Shown: positions 49,617 to 61,062, counted from the stretch's first letter. The stretch: DNA of 64,000 nucleotides from an uncultured delta proteobacterium (GCA_963772835.1 CAVYYZ010000012.1:64001-128000); one strand, 5' to 3'. A program made the numbers and translations. The notes: generated by a model from the letters alone, not told the origin.

Positions 49617-49683
49617 TGATTGGATGTGACCACAAAGTCACTGAAATGCAGGTGTCGGAATAAATTTGCAGGGGGTATTAAGA

Positions 49684-51564
49684 ATGTATTATCGCATCAT
49701 CGTAGTGTTGTTTCTGTTATTGCTGACGTCTGCACCTGTACGCGCCGAACAGGGGATGGCCATCGATCCGGCCACCTGTCTGGGATGTCACAGCGATAAA
49801 ATTTCCATTCGATCCTTCGCTGCCTCCGTTCACGGCAAAAACGCCTGCACCAGTTGCCATGTGGATATTACCGATCTCTCCAAACATATGAAAAAGGAGA
49901 TCAACGTCCAGAAGGTTCAGTGCGAGCGGTGTCACAAAAAGCAGAACTCCGAGCACTATGCCAGCGTACATGCTGAAAAAGGCGTGACGTGTGCTCAATG
50001 CCACACCGATATTCATACCCATAATTACTGGAAAAACGACAAGCGTATCGCAGTTGCCAAATGCATCCAGTGCCATGACCAGAAAGCCGTTTACCAGTTG
50101 TCGGTTCATGGCAAAGCCGTCGCGGCGGGCAACATGGATTCGGCTGCCTGCCATGACTGCCACAATCTCCACGCCATCGAAAAGCTGGCAGGCGCAAAAG
50201 ATCATAAAGGGCGGGAATTCCACACCAAGGTCTGTATGAAGTGCCATAGCGATGAGAAGATGATGGCACGTAACAAGGTTACCAATGTAGCGGTCAAATC
50301 ATATATGGAGAGCTACCACGGCAAAAATTACCGCCTCGGCTTCCCTGACAAAGTCGCCGGATGTGCCGATTGCCATACCGCTCACTCGGTATTGCCCAAA
50401 TCAGATCCGCAATCGAGCGTCAATCCGGTCAATATGGTCAAGCAATGTGCTGCGTGCCATCCAAACGCAACGCCGCTCTTTGCCAAGTTTTATTCACATG
50501 GCGAGATGACAGACCGGCATAAATATCCGATCCTGTATTATACCTTTATCGCCATGACGGGACTGCTGCTTTCCACGTTTGCTGTTTTCTGGGTTCACAC
50601 GCTGCTGTGGATGTTCCGCGGCTTCGTTGAAAACCGGGAAAAGGCCGACAAACTGGCAGCAGGCACTCATCATCATGTTCATGTTACCGGTGCAGGTACG
50701 CATGTTCATGTCATTCCCGATGCGCACAAGCAGTATCGTCGTTTCAATCGCCTGCACATCTTCCTGCATATCCTGGTCATCACCAGCTTCCTGCTCCTTT
50801 CGTTGACCGGTCTACCGCTCAAATTCAGCGGGCAGCAGTGGGCAAACTTCATGATGCAGTTCTATGGCGGCTCAGCAAATGCAGCGCTGCTGCATCGCAT
50901 TGGCGCCGCAATAACATTTGTCTATTTCGGTTCTGCTATTGTGATGAGCATAAACTTCCTTTTCATCAGAAAAGATATCAAAGGGAATCCGCTGCAGCGT
51001 CTGTTCGGGCCGGATTCACTCTGCTTCAATCTGCGCGATATCAAGGATGTGTTCTTCATGGTCAGATGGTTCTTCTTCAAGGGGCCGAAGCCGACTTTCG
51101 AGCGTTGGACCTACTGGGAGAAATTCGACTTTGTGGCCGTCTTCTGGGGGATGTTCGCAATCGGCGGGTCAGGCCTGATGCTCTGGTTCCCTGAATTTTT
51201 CGGGATGTTCCTGCCGGGATGGGCGTTCAATGTTGCCACTATCGTCCATTCAGACGAGGCACTTCTGGCAACCGGCTTCATCTTCACTGTTCACTTTTTT
51301 AACACCCATGGGAGACCGGAAAAGTTCCCGATGGACTTTGTCATCTTCAACGGACAGATCGGCAAGGAAGAGATGATTGAGGAGCGTGGTGACCAGTGGA
51401 AGCGCTACGAGGAGCAGGGAATCACCGAGCAGTTTGCCTGTAAGAAGACCAGTGGCGTACTGTACGACTTCCTTTTAAAAGGGTTCGGTTTTACCGCAGT
51501 TTTGATCGGACTCGGGTTGATGGTGCTCATGGTTCTTGCATTCCTCAGTGGAGGTGGTCACTGA
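49684..51564 (+). CDS. cbcL: Inner-membrane b/c-type cytochrome CbcL (9 c-hemes plus cytochrome b domain)
   Basis: Nine CxxCH in the periplasmic domain, then TM domain with LH....TGLP, WTYWEKFDF.AVFWG, HSDEALLA..FIFTVHFF. Confidence 0.9.
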   Translation: MYYRIIVVLFLLLLTSAPVRAEQGMAIDPATCLGCHSDKISIRSFAASVHGKNACTSCHVDITDLSKHMKKEINVQKVQCERCHKKQNSEHYASVHAEKGVTCAQCHTDIHTHNYWKNDKRIAVAKCIQCHDQKAVYQLSVHGKAVAAGNMDSAACHDCHNLHAIEKLAGAKDHKGREFHTKVCMKCHSDEKMMARNKVTNVAVKSYMESYHGKNYRLGFPDKVAGCADCHTAHSVLPKSDPQSSVNPVNMVKQCAACHPNATPLFAKFYSHGEMTDRHKYPILYYTFIAMTGLLLSTFAVFWVHTLLWMFRGFVENREKADKLAAGTHHHVHVTGAGTHVHVIPDAHKQYRRFNRLHIFLHILVITSFLLLSLTGLPLKFSGQQWANFMMQFYGGSANAALLHRIGAAITFVYFGSAIVMSINFLFIRKDIKGNPLQRLFGPDSLCFNLRDIKDVFFMVRWFFFKGPKPTFERWTYWEKFDFVAVFWGMFAIGGSGLMLWFPEFFGMFLPGWAFNVATIVHSDEALLATGFIFTVHFFNTHGRPEKFPMDFVIFNGQIGKEEMIEERGDQWKRYEEQGITEQFACKKTSGVLYDFLLKGFGFTAVLIGLGLMVLMVLAFLSGGGH

Positions 51565-51581
51565 TACTATCGCATTGAATT

Positions 51582-51613
51582 AAAAAGGGGGGGCATGAGC
51601 CCCCCCTTTTTTT
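51582..51613. terminator. Bidirectional terminator after cbcL
   Basis: A-run, G7C-atga-GC7, T-run. Confidence 0.85.
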
Positions 51614-51692
51614 GTCATGCGCTTACCGTGCGTTTTATTGGTCCCGTTGTCTCTAAATATATACAGCCGATTATCGGACTCATCACTTTCTA

Positions 51693-53498
51693 TTATATTT
51701 GTTCTGCTGACTGCTTCTGCCATTTCCCCAACGCAATAGATTCTACTGCAGCTGCCAAACCAAATGAAAAAACACTGAACACCAGTGGCAGACCGTGAGT
51801 CCCCATGAGGTCAGACATAAAAACCTTTATGCCGCCGATTACCATGACGAGTATGGCCACATTGCGAATCTCCTTGTTCTTTTTCAGAAATGCAAACAGG
51901 ATCAAACCAATTGCCGATCCGTTTATCAGGACCGATTGAGCACACACGAATGCATCGCGAAGCATCAATGTCGGCAGTAGAGAGATAATCTGGAACAGCG
52001 CGATACGCATCATGTAGAAGCCGCATATGAGCCCGGCAAGAAGCAGCATGGCAGCGCTCCGATCATGCGCATCAAAACGACCAAAGAAAGAATATTCCTC
52101 GGTGGGCGGCCACCTACGGCACCATTGGTAATGGTACAGGATTATACAGGTCAAGAGGCCGGAAGGGAGTATATTGACAACATCCATTGCAGCAGGACCG
52201 ATCCCCTTAAACGCAACAACCATAGCCCCACAGCAGTAAAACTGGAACAGGTAGGTTGTCACTCTGATCGTGCCGCTACCCCACACCCGCGACATAACAG
52301 CCATGAAAATTGCAACCAGAGAAAGAACCGGCAATGAAAGTCCCAGTTTTCCGGTGGCGACCGGCAACGCCAGTGCAAGCAGGACACCACTGGCAAACGT
52401 GTACGCCGATGCACCGGGAGCCCCCTCTCCTCTGCGCTTAGCCAGCCAGAAACTGAGCCCGAGATGGCTGAACGCAGCAAGGATGCCGATTCCCCCCAGC
52501 ATGACAGTACTACCGCCCCCCGTCGCTTTTGACACGTAGACCATCAATGAAAAAGCCCACAGTACGTTGATTGTGGGAAGTGCCATATCAAAAAGGGAAA
52601 CTCTTTCCGCACTGTTTCGGAGAACTCCGAGTAGGGCTAGAATCAGATAGGTGACAGCGAAAAGAGCAATAACAGAGAGAAACCAGGAAAATGCCAATTC
52701 AGGCGGAATTGTTTTGCCCTTACGCAGAGCAGTGACAATCTGGACTCCCCACAACTGCAGCATGATCATTGTGACAAGAAGCGCCGACCAGCGCAGCCAA
52801 GAACATCGTTTCAGCTGTGCGGCAAAATATCCGAGCAGGTTGGCGGTGAAAAGCACCAGAGAGAGATAGAGAAAGGACGGATGTGGATAATCGATTGCCG
52901 CACCCGCAAAGGTCATGCTGAGGATACCGACCGAAATAGGAGTAAAAGCATTGAACCTGCGACTGATCAGCGCCATGCCGATGCCGGTTGCCATAAGCGT
53001 CAGATATGCCGGCACAAGCGGAAGTGAATTGAAGTGGGAATGCGTCTCGACAACGATTGTCGACATCAGTATCGCTCCACTGGAGGCAAAGATCGGAGCA
53101 AGAGGACTCTGTTTGCCGTACCGGTGCCAGCCGACGACCATCAGGACAGCAGCATAGCCCATGCCGACTCCCGAGCCGATAAGTGTATCGATCACACCGC
53201 TATCGGTTATAGTGCGAAGAATCAGGGCCACGACAAGCAGGAAACAAAGCGTGGCGAGGCGAGGCAACAGAGATGTCCGGCTGGCCCAGTTAAGTACCTC
53301 TTCTGAAACATCCGCGAGGCCCTCAGGCGGTGCGGCCTTTTCATACGCCGGAGCAGCAATTGTCCCGGGATGGGGCGAGCCGGCGACCTCACCATCACCA
53401 AGACGCGCGGCCAGTCGCTCCATCTGCTTTTCCATTGCCTGCAGTCGGGCCGTAAGCTCTTTTTCACGCTCTCCAGCAGTTGTTTCCGGCTCTGTCAT
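51693..53498 (-). CDS. Large polytopic membrane protein of unknown function (DUF2339-like)
   Basis: N-terminal coiled coil, then many TM segments; C-terminal KVFMSDL; GGAGG SD. Confidence 0.75.
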   Translation of the reverse strand: MTEPETTAGEREKELTARLQAMEKQMERLAARLGDGEVAGSPHPGTIAAPAYEKAAPPEGLADVSEEVLNWASRTSLLPRLATLCFLLVVALILRTITDSGVIDTLIGSGVGMGYAAVLMVVGWHRYGKQSPLAPIFASSGAILMSTIVVETHSHFNSLPLVPAYLTLMATGIGMALISRRFNAFTPISVGILSMTFAGAAIDYPHPSFLYLSLVLFTANLLGYFAAQLKRCSWLRWSALLVTMIMLQLWGVQIVTALRKGKTIPPELAFSWFLSVIALFAVTYLILALLGVLRNSAERVSLFDMALPTINVLWAFSLMVYVSKATGGGSTVMLGGIGILAAFSHLGLSFWLAKRRGEGAPGASAYTFASGVLLALALPVATGKLGLSLPVLSLVAIFMAVMSRVWGSGTIRVTTYLFQFYCCGAMVVAFKGIGPAAMDVVNILPSGLLTCIILYHYQWCRRWPPTEEYSFFGRFDAHDRSAAMLLLAGLICGFYMMRIALFQIISLLPTLMLRDAFVCAQSVLINGSAIGLILFAFLKKNKEIRNVAILVMVIGGIKVFMSDLMGTHGLPLVFSVFSFGLAAAVESIALGKWQKQSAEQI

Positions 53499-53793
53499 TC
53501 TCTACCTCCTGTCGCACCTGTTTACAGAAAATATAACAGTGTTTAAAATAGTTGTGTCTGCAGGTTTTGTCAATACGTAGATTGCCAGTGTAACGGTCGA
53601 CAGAACAAAATATGGTCAGTAACCACTATCGGATCAAGGACGGTATTTGCGGCGGAAATTCATTTTAAGTTGCATTATTATTGACTTCATGATACGAAGT
53701 ATTCTTTTTTTATCGTTAGGCAGTGAATCTTTCATAGAAGATGAAAAGTAAGCTGTTTCAGCAGAACATGCCCAGTAACCGAGGAGAAATTGA

Positions 53794-55329
53794 ATGGAAC
53801 CCGTAAAAAAAATAAGTGCTGAAAAATATTACATGAATATCATCAGTTTACTGGGAATGCTCATCTCTGCAATCTCAGCAGTGGTGATTGTGCTATTCCT
53901 TGCGTTGCAGGCTTTCAGGGGGTTCGAGAACCCGTACCTGGAAATTGTGACGTATTTTATATTGCCCATGGGAATATTATCCGGCGGTGTTATGACCTAC
54001 TTCGGTGCATGGCGCACACGAAGCAAGCATCGCAGGAATCCCGATGTCGACCTTCCACCTCTGCCGCGGCTTGACTTCAATGATCCGAGTAAACTTCGTC
54101 TCGCTGGTTTCTTTGCCCTGGTGACAGTCGTATTTTTTGCCGTTATCGGAGTTGCAACAATCAAAGGATTTGAATTTACCGAATCAACAGTATTCTGTGG
54201 CGAAGTCTGCCATATCCCAATGGAGCCGGAGCATACCGCCTGGGAGAACTCACCTCACGCACGGGTTCGATGTGTTGAGTGTCATGTCGGCTCCGGTCTT
54301 GATTATTACGTCAAAGCCAAGATCAACGGGACCAGGCAGCTCTATTCGATACTGACCGGCACCTATCCGACACCTATCCCCACTCCGGTACACAACCTGC
54401 GACCTGCCCGAGGTACCTGTGAGCGATGCCACTGGCCTGAGAAATTCATCTCCGCACGCCATAAGTACATTTCTCACAACGCTCCCAACGAGGAAAATAC
54501 CCGTCGTGACATGCAGCTGCTGATTAAAATCGGCGGCACACCCGGGGCACCTAACAGTTCCGGCATCCACTGGCACATAGGCAAAGAGGTATCCTATGTG
54601 GCCTCCGACGAAAAAAGGATGGTCATCCCATACATCTCGGTCAAGAATAGTGACGGCACACTGGATGAATACGTCACTTCAGACAAGCCGTTAACCAAAG
54701 AAGAGCTTGCAAAAAGCGAGAAGCGCGTCATGGACTGTATTGATTGTCACAACAGACCGGCGCACTCATACAATCCTCCTAGCGATGAGCTGGACCACGC
54801 ATTTACTGCCGGCAAGCTTGATCCGTCTCTTCCGTACGTAAAAAAACTCGCCGGTGAACTATTGGGAAAACCGTACCAGAATAACGACGAAGCAATGGTT
54901 GCGATTAATAAGGGGGTTCATGAATATTATGAAAAGAATTACCCCGCTCTGGTTAAATCAAAATCAGTTTCGATCAAACAGGCTTTCGAAGAGATCCAGC
55001 GAATCTACTCCAGAAATTATTTCCCCCAGATGAAAGTCGTCTGGAGTGCGTACCCGTCTCACATGGGGCACTTCTACTTCCCCGGCTGTTTCCGCTGCCA
55101 CGACGGAAAGCACAAGAATGCTGCCGGCAAGGTCATCTCCAAGGATTGCAACCTGTGTCACACCGTTCTTAGCCAGACACAGGAAAATATCCCCAAAGGC
55201 ACCCAGGTCAAAAACTTTGTACACCCTGTTGATATCGGTGACGAACTGATGAAGACCAATTGTAATGAATGTCACGCTCCGAGCGGCCACGATGTAACCG
55301 GTGGAGAAGGCGATAAAAAACTTCAGTGA
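53794..55329 (+). CDS. imcH: NapC/NirT-family inner-membrane heptaheme cytochrome ImcH
   Basis: Three TM helices, FCGEVCH..M.PE, SPHARVRCVECH, LRPARGTCERCHWP, MDCIDCHNRPAH, PGCFRCHDG; seven heme motifs. Confidence 0.85.
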   Translation: MEPVKKISAEKYYMNIISLLGMLISAISAVVIVLFLALQAFRGFENPYLEIVTYFILPMGILSGGVMTYFGAWRTRSKHRRNPDVDLPPLPRLDFNDPSKLRLAGFFALVTVVFFAVIGVATIKGFEFTESTVFCGEVCHIPMEPEHTAWENSPHARVRCVECHVGSGLDYYVKAKINGTRQLYSILTGTYPTPIPTPVHNLRPARGTCERCHWPEKFISARHKYISHNAPNEENTRRDMQLLIKIGGTPGAPNSSGIHWHIGKEVSYVASDEKRMVIPYISVKNSDGTLDEYVTSDKPLTKEELAKSEKRVMDCIDCHNRPAHSYNPPSDELDHAFTAGKLDPSLPYVKKLAGELLGKPYQNNDEAMVAINKGVHEYYEKNYPALVKSKSVSIKQAFEEIQRIYSRNYFPQMKVVWSAYPSHMGHFYFPGCFRCHDGKHKNAAGKVISKDCNLCHTVLSQTQENIPKGTQVKNFVHPVDIGDELMKTNCNECHAPSGHDVTGGEGDKKLQ

Positions 55330-55357
55330 AAAACTGACATTCAGTCTGTTGATTACC

Positions 55358-55393
55358 AGAAAAGGCCCGATCATCTCTGATCGGGCCTTTTCT
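55358..55393. terminator. Bidirectional terminator after imcH
   Basis: AGAAAAGGCCCGATCA / TGATCGGGCCTTTTCT stem. Confidence 0.85.
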
Positions 55394-55417
55394 GTTCGTA
55401 ACGAATCCGGAAGGTTT

Positions 55418-55606
55418 CTATAATTCCACGTAATCGCCAATGTCCGTGTCGACGTCGCACTCCGCTTCCTCTTCCATCCCTGCCTCTGCTGAACCGGCAG
55501 TTTCCTCTTTTAGATGGCGGATAAATTGATCATTATCACGAATAGTTCGTTGCACGTCAGCCAGAAGTTTTTCCAGTTCATCAGGTTCTGTATCGCCAAA
55601 GGTCAT
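55418..55606 (-). CDS. Small acidic hypothetical protein (62 aa)
   Basis: ATG 2 nt after the trxB stop; helical N-half and Asp/Glu-rich tail; ends just before the terminator. Confidence 0.6.
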   Translation of the reverse strand: MTFGDTEPDELEKLLADVQRTIRDNDQFIRHLKEETAGSAEAGMEEEAECDVDTDIGDYVEL

Positions 55607-55608
55607 AG

Positions 55609-56658
<1,050 letters not shown>

Positions 56659-56685
56659 TTATTTTTATAGGGAGTACACCATACC

Positions 56686-57891
56686 ATGCGGCTTAACGAT
56701 CTGATTTCAGACGCACATGATCGCCTCAAAAAGCGCGTCCGGCACAGTGAACTGATATATTCGCATTTTTATAGCGAGCAGTTGGGATTGCCGCTGTATT
56801 TCAAGTGTGAAAACCTGCAGCGAACCGGCTCTTTCAAGATACGGGGAGCACTCAACTTCATGACCTCCCAACCTCGTGAAAATTTGAAATATGGCGTCAT
56901 AACCGCATCAGCCGGCAACCATGCCCAGGGAGTGGCCTTTTCAGCTGATCTGCTCAGCGTCGCCGCAACCGTATATATGCCGGAAATAACTCCGCCTCAG
57001 AAAGTCCAGGCCACACGGGACTACGGTGCCGAGGTTGTGCTGACCGGCCGTAATTTTGATGAAGCCTGTGCAGCGGCCATAACTGCCCAGCAGAATAGCG
57101 GAGCACTTTTCGTGCATCCATTTGATGATGAACTGGTCATGGCGGGACAAGGGACCATTGCTCTGGAGGTACTGGAGGATCTTCCGGATCTCCGAAACAT
57201 TATCATACCGGTCGGTGGCGGAGGCCTGATAGCCGGAATGGCTGCGGCACTGCGCGAACGTGCTCCCCACGTCCGTATTATCGGGGTTGAATCGAGCGCA
57301 GCTCCCTCAATGTCGGCTTCCTTTACGGCCGGGAGGCCGACCGAACAGCCGGTGCTGGTCACACTGGCAGACGGCATCGCCGTCAAACTGCCCGGATCAA
57401 GAACCGTTCCGGTAATCTGCCAGCTTGTCGATGAAATTATCCAGGTACAAGAGGAAGATATCGCGCTGGCCATTGTCTCGCTGCTGGAGAAGACTAAAAT
57501 GCTGGTCGAAGGCGCTGGAGCGGTCACACTGGCGGCGGTCTTGAATCACCGGATTCCGGATCTTGAGGGGAAAACCGTTTGCCTGCTCTCCGGAGGAAAT
57601 ATTGACGTAAAGACCATTTCACAGGTAGTTGAGCGGGGCCTTATTGCCGGAGGTCGTTACCTAAAGCTGGTCGTCGAGCTTGACGACCACCCCGGCGCGC
57701 TGGCGACTCTTGCTGATAATATTGCGGCAACCCGTGCCAATATTTTTCATATTACCCATGACCGCCGCTCGAAATCGCTTGCCATCGGCAGGACTGATGT
57801 CTCTCTGGAGTTGGAGACCCGCGGCTACGAGCATATCAGGGAAATAGTCAGTTATCTGGAAGGAAGGGGCTATAGTCTGGTGGTTGTGTAA
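56686..57891 (+). CDS. ilvA: Threonine ammonia-lyase with C-terminal ACT domain
   Basis: KCENLQRTGSFKIRGA, SAGNHAQG, PVGGGGL, SGGNID. Confidence 0.93.
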   Translation: MRLNDLISDAHDRLKKRVRHSELIYSHFYSEQLGLPLYFKCENLQRTGSFKIRGALNFMTSQPRENLKYGVITASAGNHAQGVAFSADLLSVAATVYMPEITPPQKVQATRDYGAEVVLTGRNFDEACAAAITAQQNSGALFVHPFDDELVMAGQGTIALEVLEDLPDLRNIIIPVGGGGLIAGMAAALRERAPHVRIIGVESSAAPSMSASFTAGRPTEQPVLVTLADGIAVKLPGSRTVPVICQLVDEIIQVQEEDIALAIVSLLEKTKMLVEGAGAVTLAAVLNHRIPDLEGKTVCLLSGGNIDVKTISQVVERGLIAGGRYLKLVVELDDHPGALATLADNIAATRANIFHITHDRRSKSLAIGRTDVSLELETRGYEHIREIVSYLEGRGYSLVVV

Positions 57892-57912
57892 AGATTTATC
57901 AGGGGAGCGAGC

Positions 57913-58911
57913 ATGCATACAGATACTTTTGTTCTGGGAATAGATATCGGTGGAACGACCACTTCATTCGGATTTGTTGATCGCCAAGGCAACCTGATAT
58001 GTGAAGCGACTCTGGACACACTGGCCGATCAGTCTGCATATTCTCTGATATCACGCCTTTACGACGCTACCGAGAAACTACTAAAATCTCTTCCGCTTCA
58101 AACAACAATATCAGGAATCGGCATCGGAGCGCCCAATGCCAATTATATTCGGGGAACGGTAGAAAATCCGGTCAATCTGAACTGGGGAGCGGAGGTCAAT
58201 CTGACAGAGCTGGTCAGGCAGCGGTACGATCTACCGACTGCAATAACCAATGATGCCAACGCTGCAGCAATCGGGGAACTGCTGTTCGGCGGCGCACGCG
58301 GAATGAAGCATGCCATCGTCATCACTCTGGGAACCGGCCTGGGGAGCGGCATTATCACTGATGGAGCAGTATTGTACGGTGCTGACGGGTTTGCCGGCGA
58401 ACTTGGCCACACGACCGTTTATCCTGCAGGAAGGTACTGCGCCTGCGGGAAGCGGGGGTGCCTGGAAACCTACGTTTCTGCCACCGGGCTCTGCAGAACT
58501 GTTACCGATCTGCTGGCGCAACGGTGTGGTCCGAGCAGCTTGCGACACGTGAGCTTCGACAAACTGACCTCAAAACAGGTCTATGAGGCGGCCTGCGAAG
58601 GGGACCCCATAGCGCTGGAGGCATTTGATTTCATGGCCAGAGTTTTCGGAATGAAACTGGCAGACGCTGTAGCCCACACCGGTCCCGAGGCGATCTTTCT
58701 CTCCGGCGGTCTTGCAGCTGCGGGAGATCTTTTGATTATTCCGACAAAGCGCTATCTGGAAGAGTTTCTGTTCACCCCGTACAAAGGGAAGGTGAAACTG
58801 CTCCGTTCCGATCTGCCGGAGGGGAGCGGTGCAGTTTTAGGGGCGGCGGCACTGGCTTGGCTTGAAGTTGACAAGGCTCCCTTCGACACCACCCAGGAAA
58901 CAAGCATGTGA
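57913..58911 (+). CDS. ROK family sugar kinase (glucokinase-like)
   Basis: GIDIGGT, NDANAAA.GE, TLGTGLG, ELGH, CACGKRGCLE. Confidence 0.92.
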   Translation: MHTDTFVLGIDIGGTTTSFGFVDRQGNLICEATLDTLADQSAYSLISRLYDATEKLLKSLPLQTTISGIGIGAPNANYIRGTVENPVNLNWGAEVNLTELVRQRYDLPTAITNDANAAAIGELLFGGARGMKHAIVITLGTGLGSGIITDGAVLYGADGFAGELGHTTVYPAGRYCACGKRGCLETYVSATGLCRTVTDLLAQRCGPSSLRHVSFDKLTSKQVYEAACEGDPIALEAFDFMARVFGMKLADAVAHTGPEAIFLSGGLAAAGDLLIIPTKRYLEEFLFTPYKGKVKLLRSDLPEGSGAVLGAAALAWLEVDKAPFDTTQETSM

Positions 58912-58934
58912 CGAATGGGACAAACACTATAACG

Positions 58935-60944
58935 CTACGCCCCCCTGACTTCCACGGTCACGTCATACAGGGTACTCCCCCGTCCGCCATCGGTCAGTCG
59001 CTGCGATGTCAGGGCGTTGACTCCGCGATCGCCGGGGATAAACTCCCGCCACCAGACCCCTTCAGTAACGACGGTTCCGACCGGCACCCGCTCCGAAATC
59101 CGTAACGTGAAACGAACAGTTCCCCGATCGTTGCATACCATCACCCTCTGTCCATCATCCAGACCGCGCACATCGGCATCAACCCTGCTCATCATCAGCT
59201 CCATACAATTCTGATTCAAGCGAAGTCCGTCCTGTTCGTAAAAGCTCGAATTGAGGGCAAACGGAGTAACCGCCGGCTGCAGGTGCAGTGGGTATCCGTC
59301 CTGTCCGGCATGAGTCGGAAGCGGACGCGGCAGCGGTTCGACTTCCCGCTCGTTCAGGACCTCAATCTTTCCCGATGCCGTGAGCCACGTTTTTTTTGGC
59401 TCCGATGGCGGAGTAAGTATAACCGGTTCACCCTGACGCAACCGTTCAGTAACGGCAGCACTCCTCCAGGGGGTTCCCCCGGTTAACAGCAGATCAATCA
59501 GTTCATCTGCCGATAATCCGAAAAAGGGTTCATTCCACTCCATACCTGCCGCCAGCAGGCTGAAAACTTCCCAATTACTTTTAGCTTCACCGACCGGCGG
59601 GATAGCAGCACTGCATAGCTGGGCATGATAGCTGCCGTAGCTGCGGTACAGATCAGGATGTTCCAGCGAAGAGGTGGCAGGCAGGACAATATCGGCATAT
59701 CGTGCGGTGTCTGTCATGAAGCGTTCGTGAACGACCGTGAAGAGTTCTTCCCGCTCAAGCCCCCGGATAACCGCATTCTGGTCGGGAGCGATAACTGCCG
59801 GATTGGAGTGGTAGACATACAGCGACATCACCGGCGGATCTGTCAGTTCGGTCAGTGCCGCTCCCAGCTGATTCATGCTGACCAGTCGCGGCACACGCTC
59901 CATGAAATCCTCACGCGTTACACTCTGAAGAGGGAAAGCTCCTCCGGTCGAGGTACCGAGGAAAATACCACCTCCCGGTTTTGACCATGCGCCAACGGCT
60001 GCGGGAAGACAGCTTATTGTCCGAACGGTCATGGCTCCGTTCCCGTAGCGGGTCAGGCCGCTTCCCAAACGGATAAACGGGGCCTTTGCCCCTGCATACT
60101 CCCGTGCCATCCGCTCGATAACAGCGGCCGGCAGACCGCAGACGACCGACATCTCTTCAGGGGGACAGTCCGGCAGAATCTGGGCGGTCAACGCTTCAAA
60201 GCCGAGAACATTGGCGGAAAGGAACTCCCGGTCCAACAGCCCCTCACGTTCAATGACATGCAGCATTGCCAACGCCAGAGCGCCATCCCCCCCGGGGCGA
60301 ACCAGAAATGTTTCATCGGCCGCCTCACAGGTCGGGGTCCGGTATGTGTCTATGGCCCATACTTTTGCCCCGTTTCTCCGGGCCGACTGGGCATCCCGCA
60401 TCGCATGGATACTGGTGGCTGCAGCATTGATCCCCCACATGATTACCAGATCGCTCCCTTCGACTTCTGCAGGGTCCATAGCAGGCGTATCACCCATCAA
60501 CCCCTTCCAGCCGGCATCCTTGGCCGGCGAGCAAATTGTCCGTTCCAGCCTCGATGCGCCCAGTCTGTTAAAAAGGGCATGGCCGGCATTGCGCTGCACG
60601 AGCCCCATTGTCCCGGCGTAAGAATAAGGGAGAATGGCTTCCGCCCCGTGGCTGGCGATGACTTCCTGCCAGTGGCTGCAGATTGATGAAATCGCCTCCT
60701 CCCAGGAGATCGCGTCGAATTCCCCCGCCCCCTTCTTCCCGACCCGTCGCAGCGGTGTCGTCAGCCGCCGGTGAGAGTGAACGGTCTGCTCATAATGATT
60801 CATCTTCGGGCAGAGCAGACCGCGCGTAACCGGATGGTCCGGATCTCCACTGACGGAGATGGCGCGGCCGTTTTCCGTAGTCACGAGAAGCCCGCAGGCA
60901 TCTGGACAGTCATAGGGGCAGACGGAACGGGTTGTTACGTACAT
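58935..60944 (-). CDS. Molybdopterin (bis-MGD) oxidoreductase
   Basis: CPYDCPDAC..C N-terminal FeS, RLTTPL, PGGDGALA, TDTARYADIVLP. Confidence 0.9.
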   Translation of the reverse strand: MYVTTRSVCPYDCPDACGLLVTTENGRAISVSGDPDHPVTRGLLCPKMNHYEQTVHSHRRLTTPLRRVGKKGAGEFDAISWEEAISSICSHWQEVIASHGAEAILPYSYAGTMGLVQRNAGHALFNRLGASRLERTICSPAKDAGWKGLMGDTPAMDPAEVEGSDLVIMWGINAAATSIHAMRDAQSARRNGAKVWAIDTYRTPTCEAADETFLVRPGGDGALALAMLHVIEREGLLDREFLSANVLGFEALTAQILPDCPPEEMSVVCGLPAAVIERMAREYAGAKAPFIRLGSGLTRYGNGAMTVRTISCLPAAVGAWSKPGGGIFLGTSTGGAFPLQSVTREDFMERVPRLVSMNQLGAALTELTDPPVMSLYVYHSNPAVIAPDQNAVIRGLEREELFTVVHERFMTDTARYADIVLPATSSLEHPDLYRSYGSYHAQLCSAAIPPVGEAKSNWEVFSLLAAGMEWNEPFFGLSADELIDLLLTGGTPWRSAAVTERLRQGEPVILTPPSEPKKTWLTASGKIEVLNEREVEPLPRPLPTHAGQDGYPLHLQPAVTPFALNSSFYEQDGLRLNQNCMELMMSRVDADVRGLDDGQRVMVCNDRGTVRFTLRISERVPVGTVVTEGVWWREFIPGDRGVNALTSQRLTDGGRGSTLYDVTVEVRGA

Positions 60945-61062
60945 GGCGGATATCCTTTTACCAAAATATTGAAAGCGGATTATAGCCGATTTCAAAAAAC
61001 AATTGCAGATGAAATCGTTTTGGTGCGATAAAAGGTCGAGACTAAAACATGAGGGGTACATA

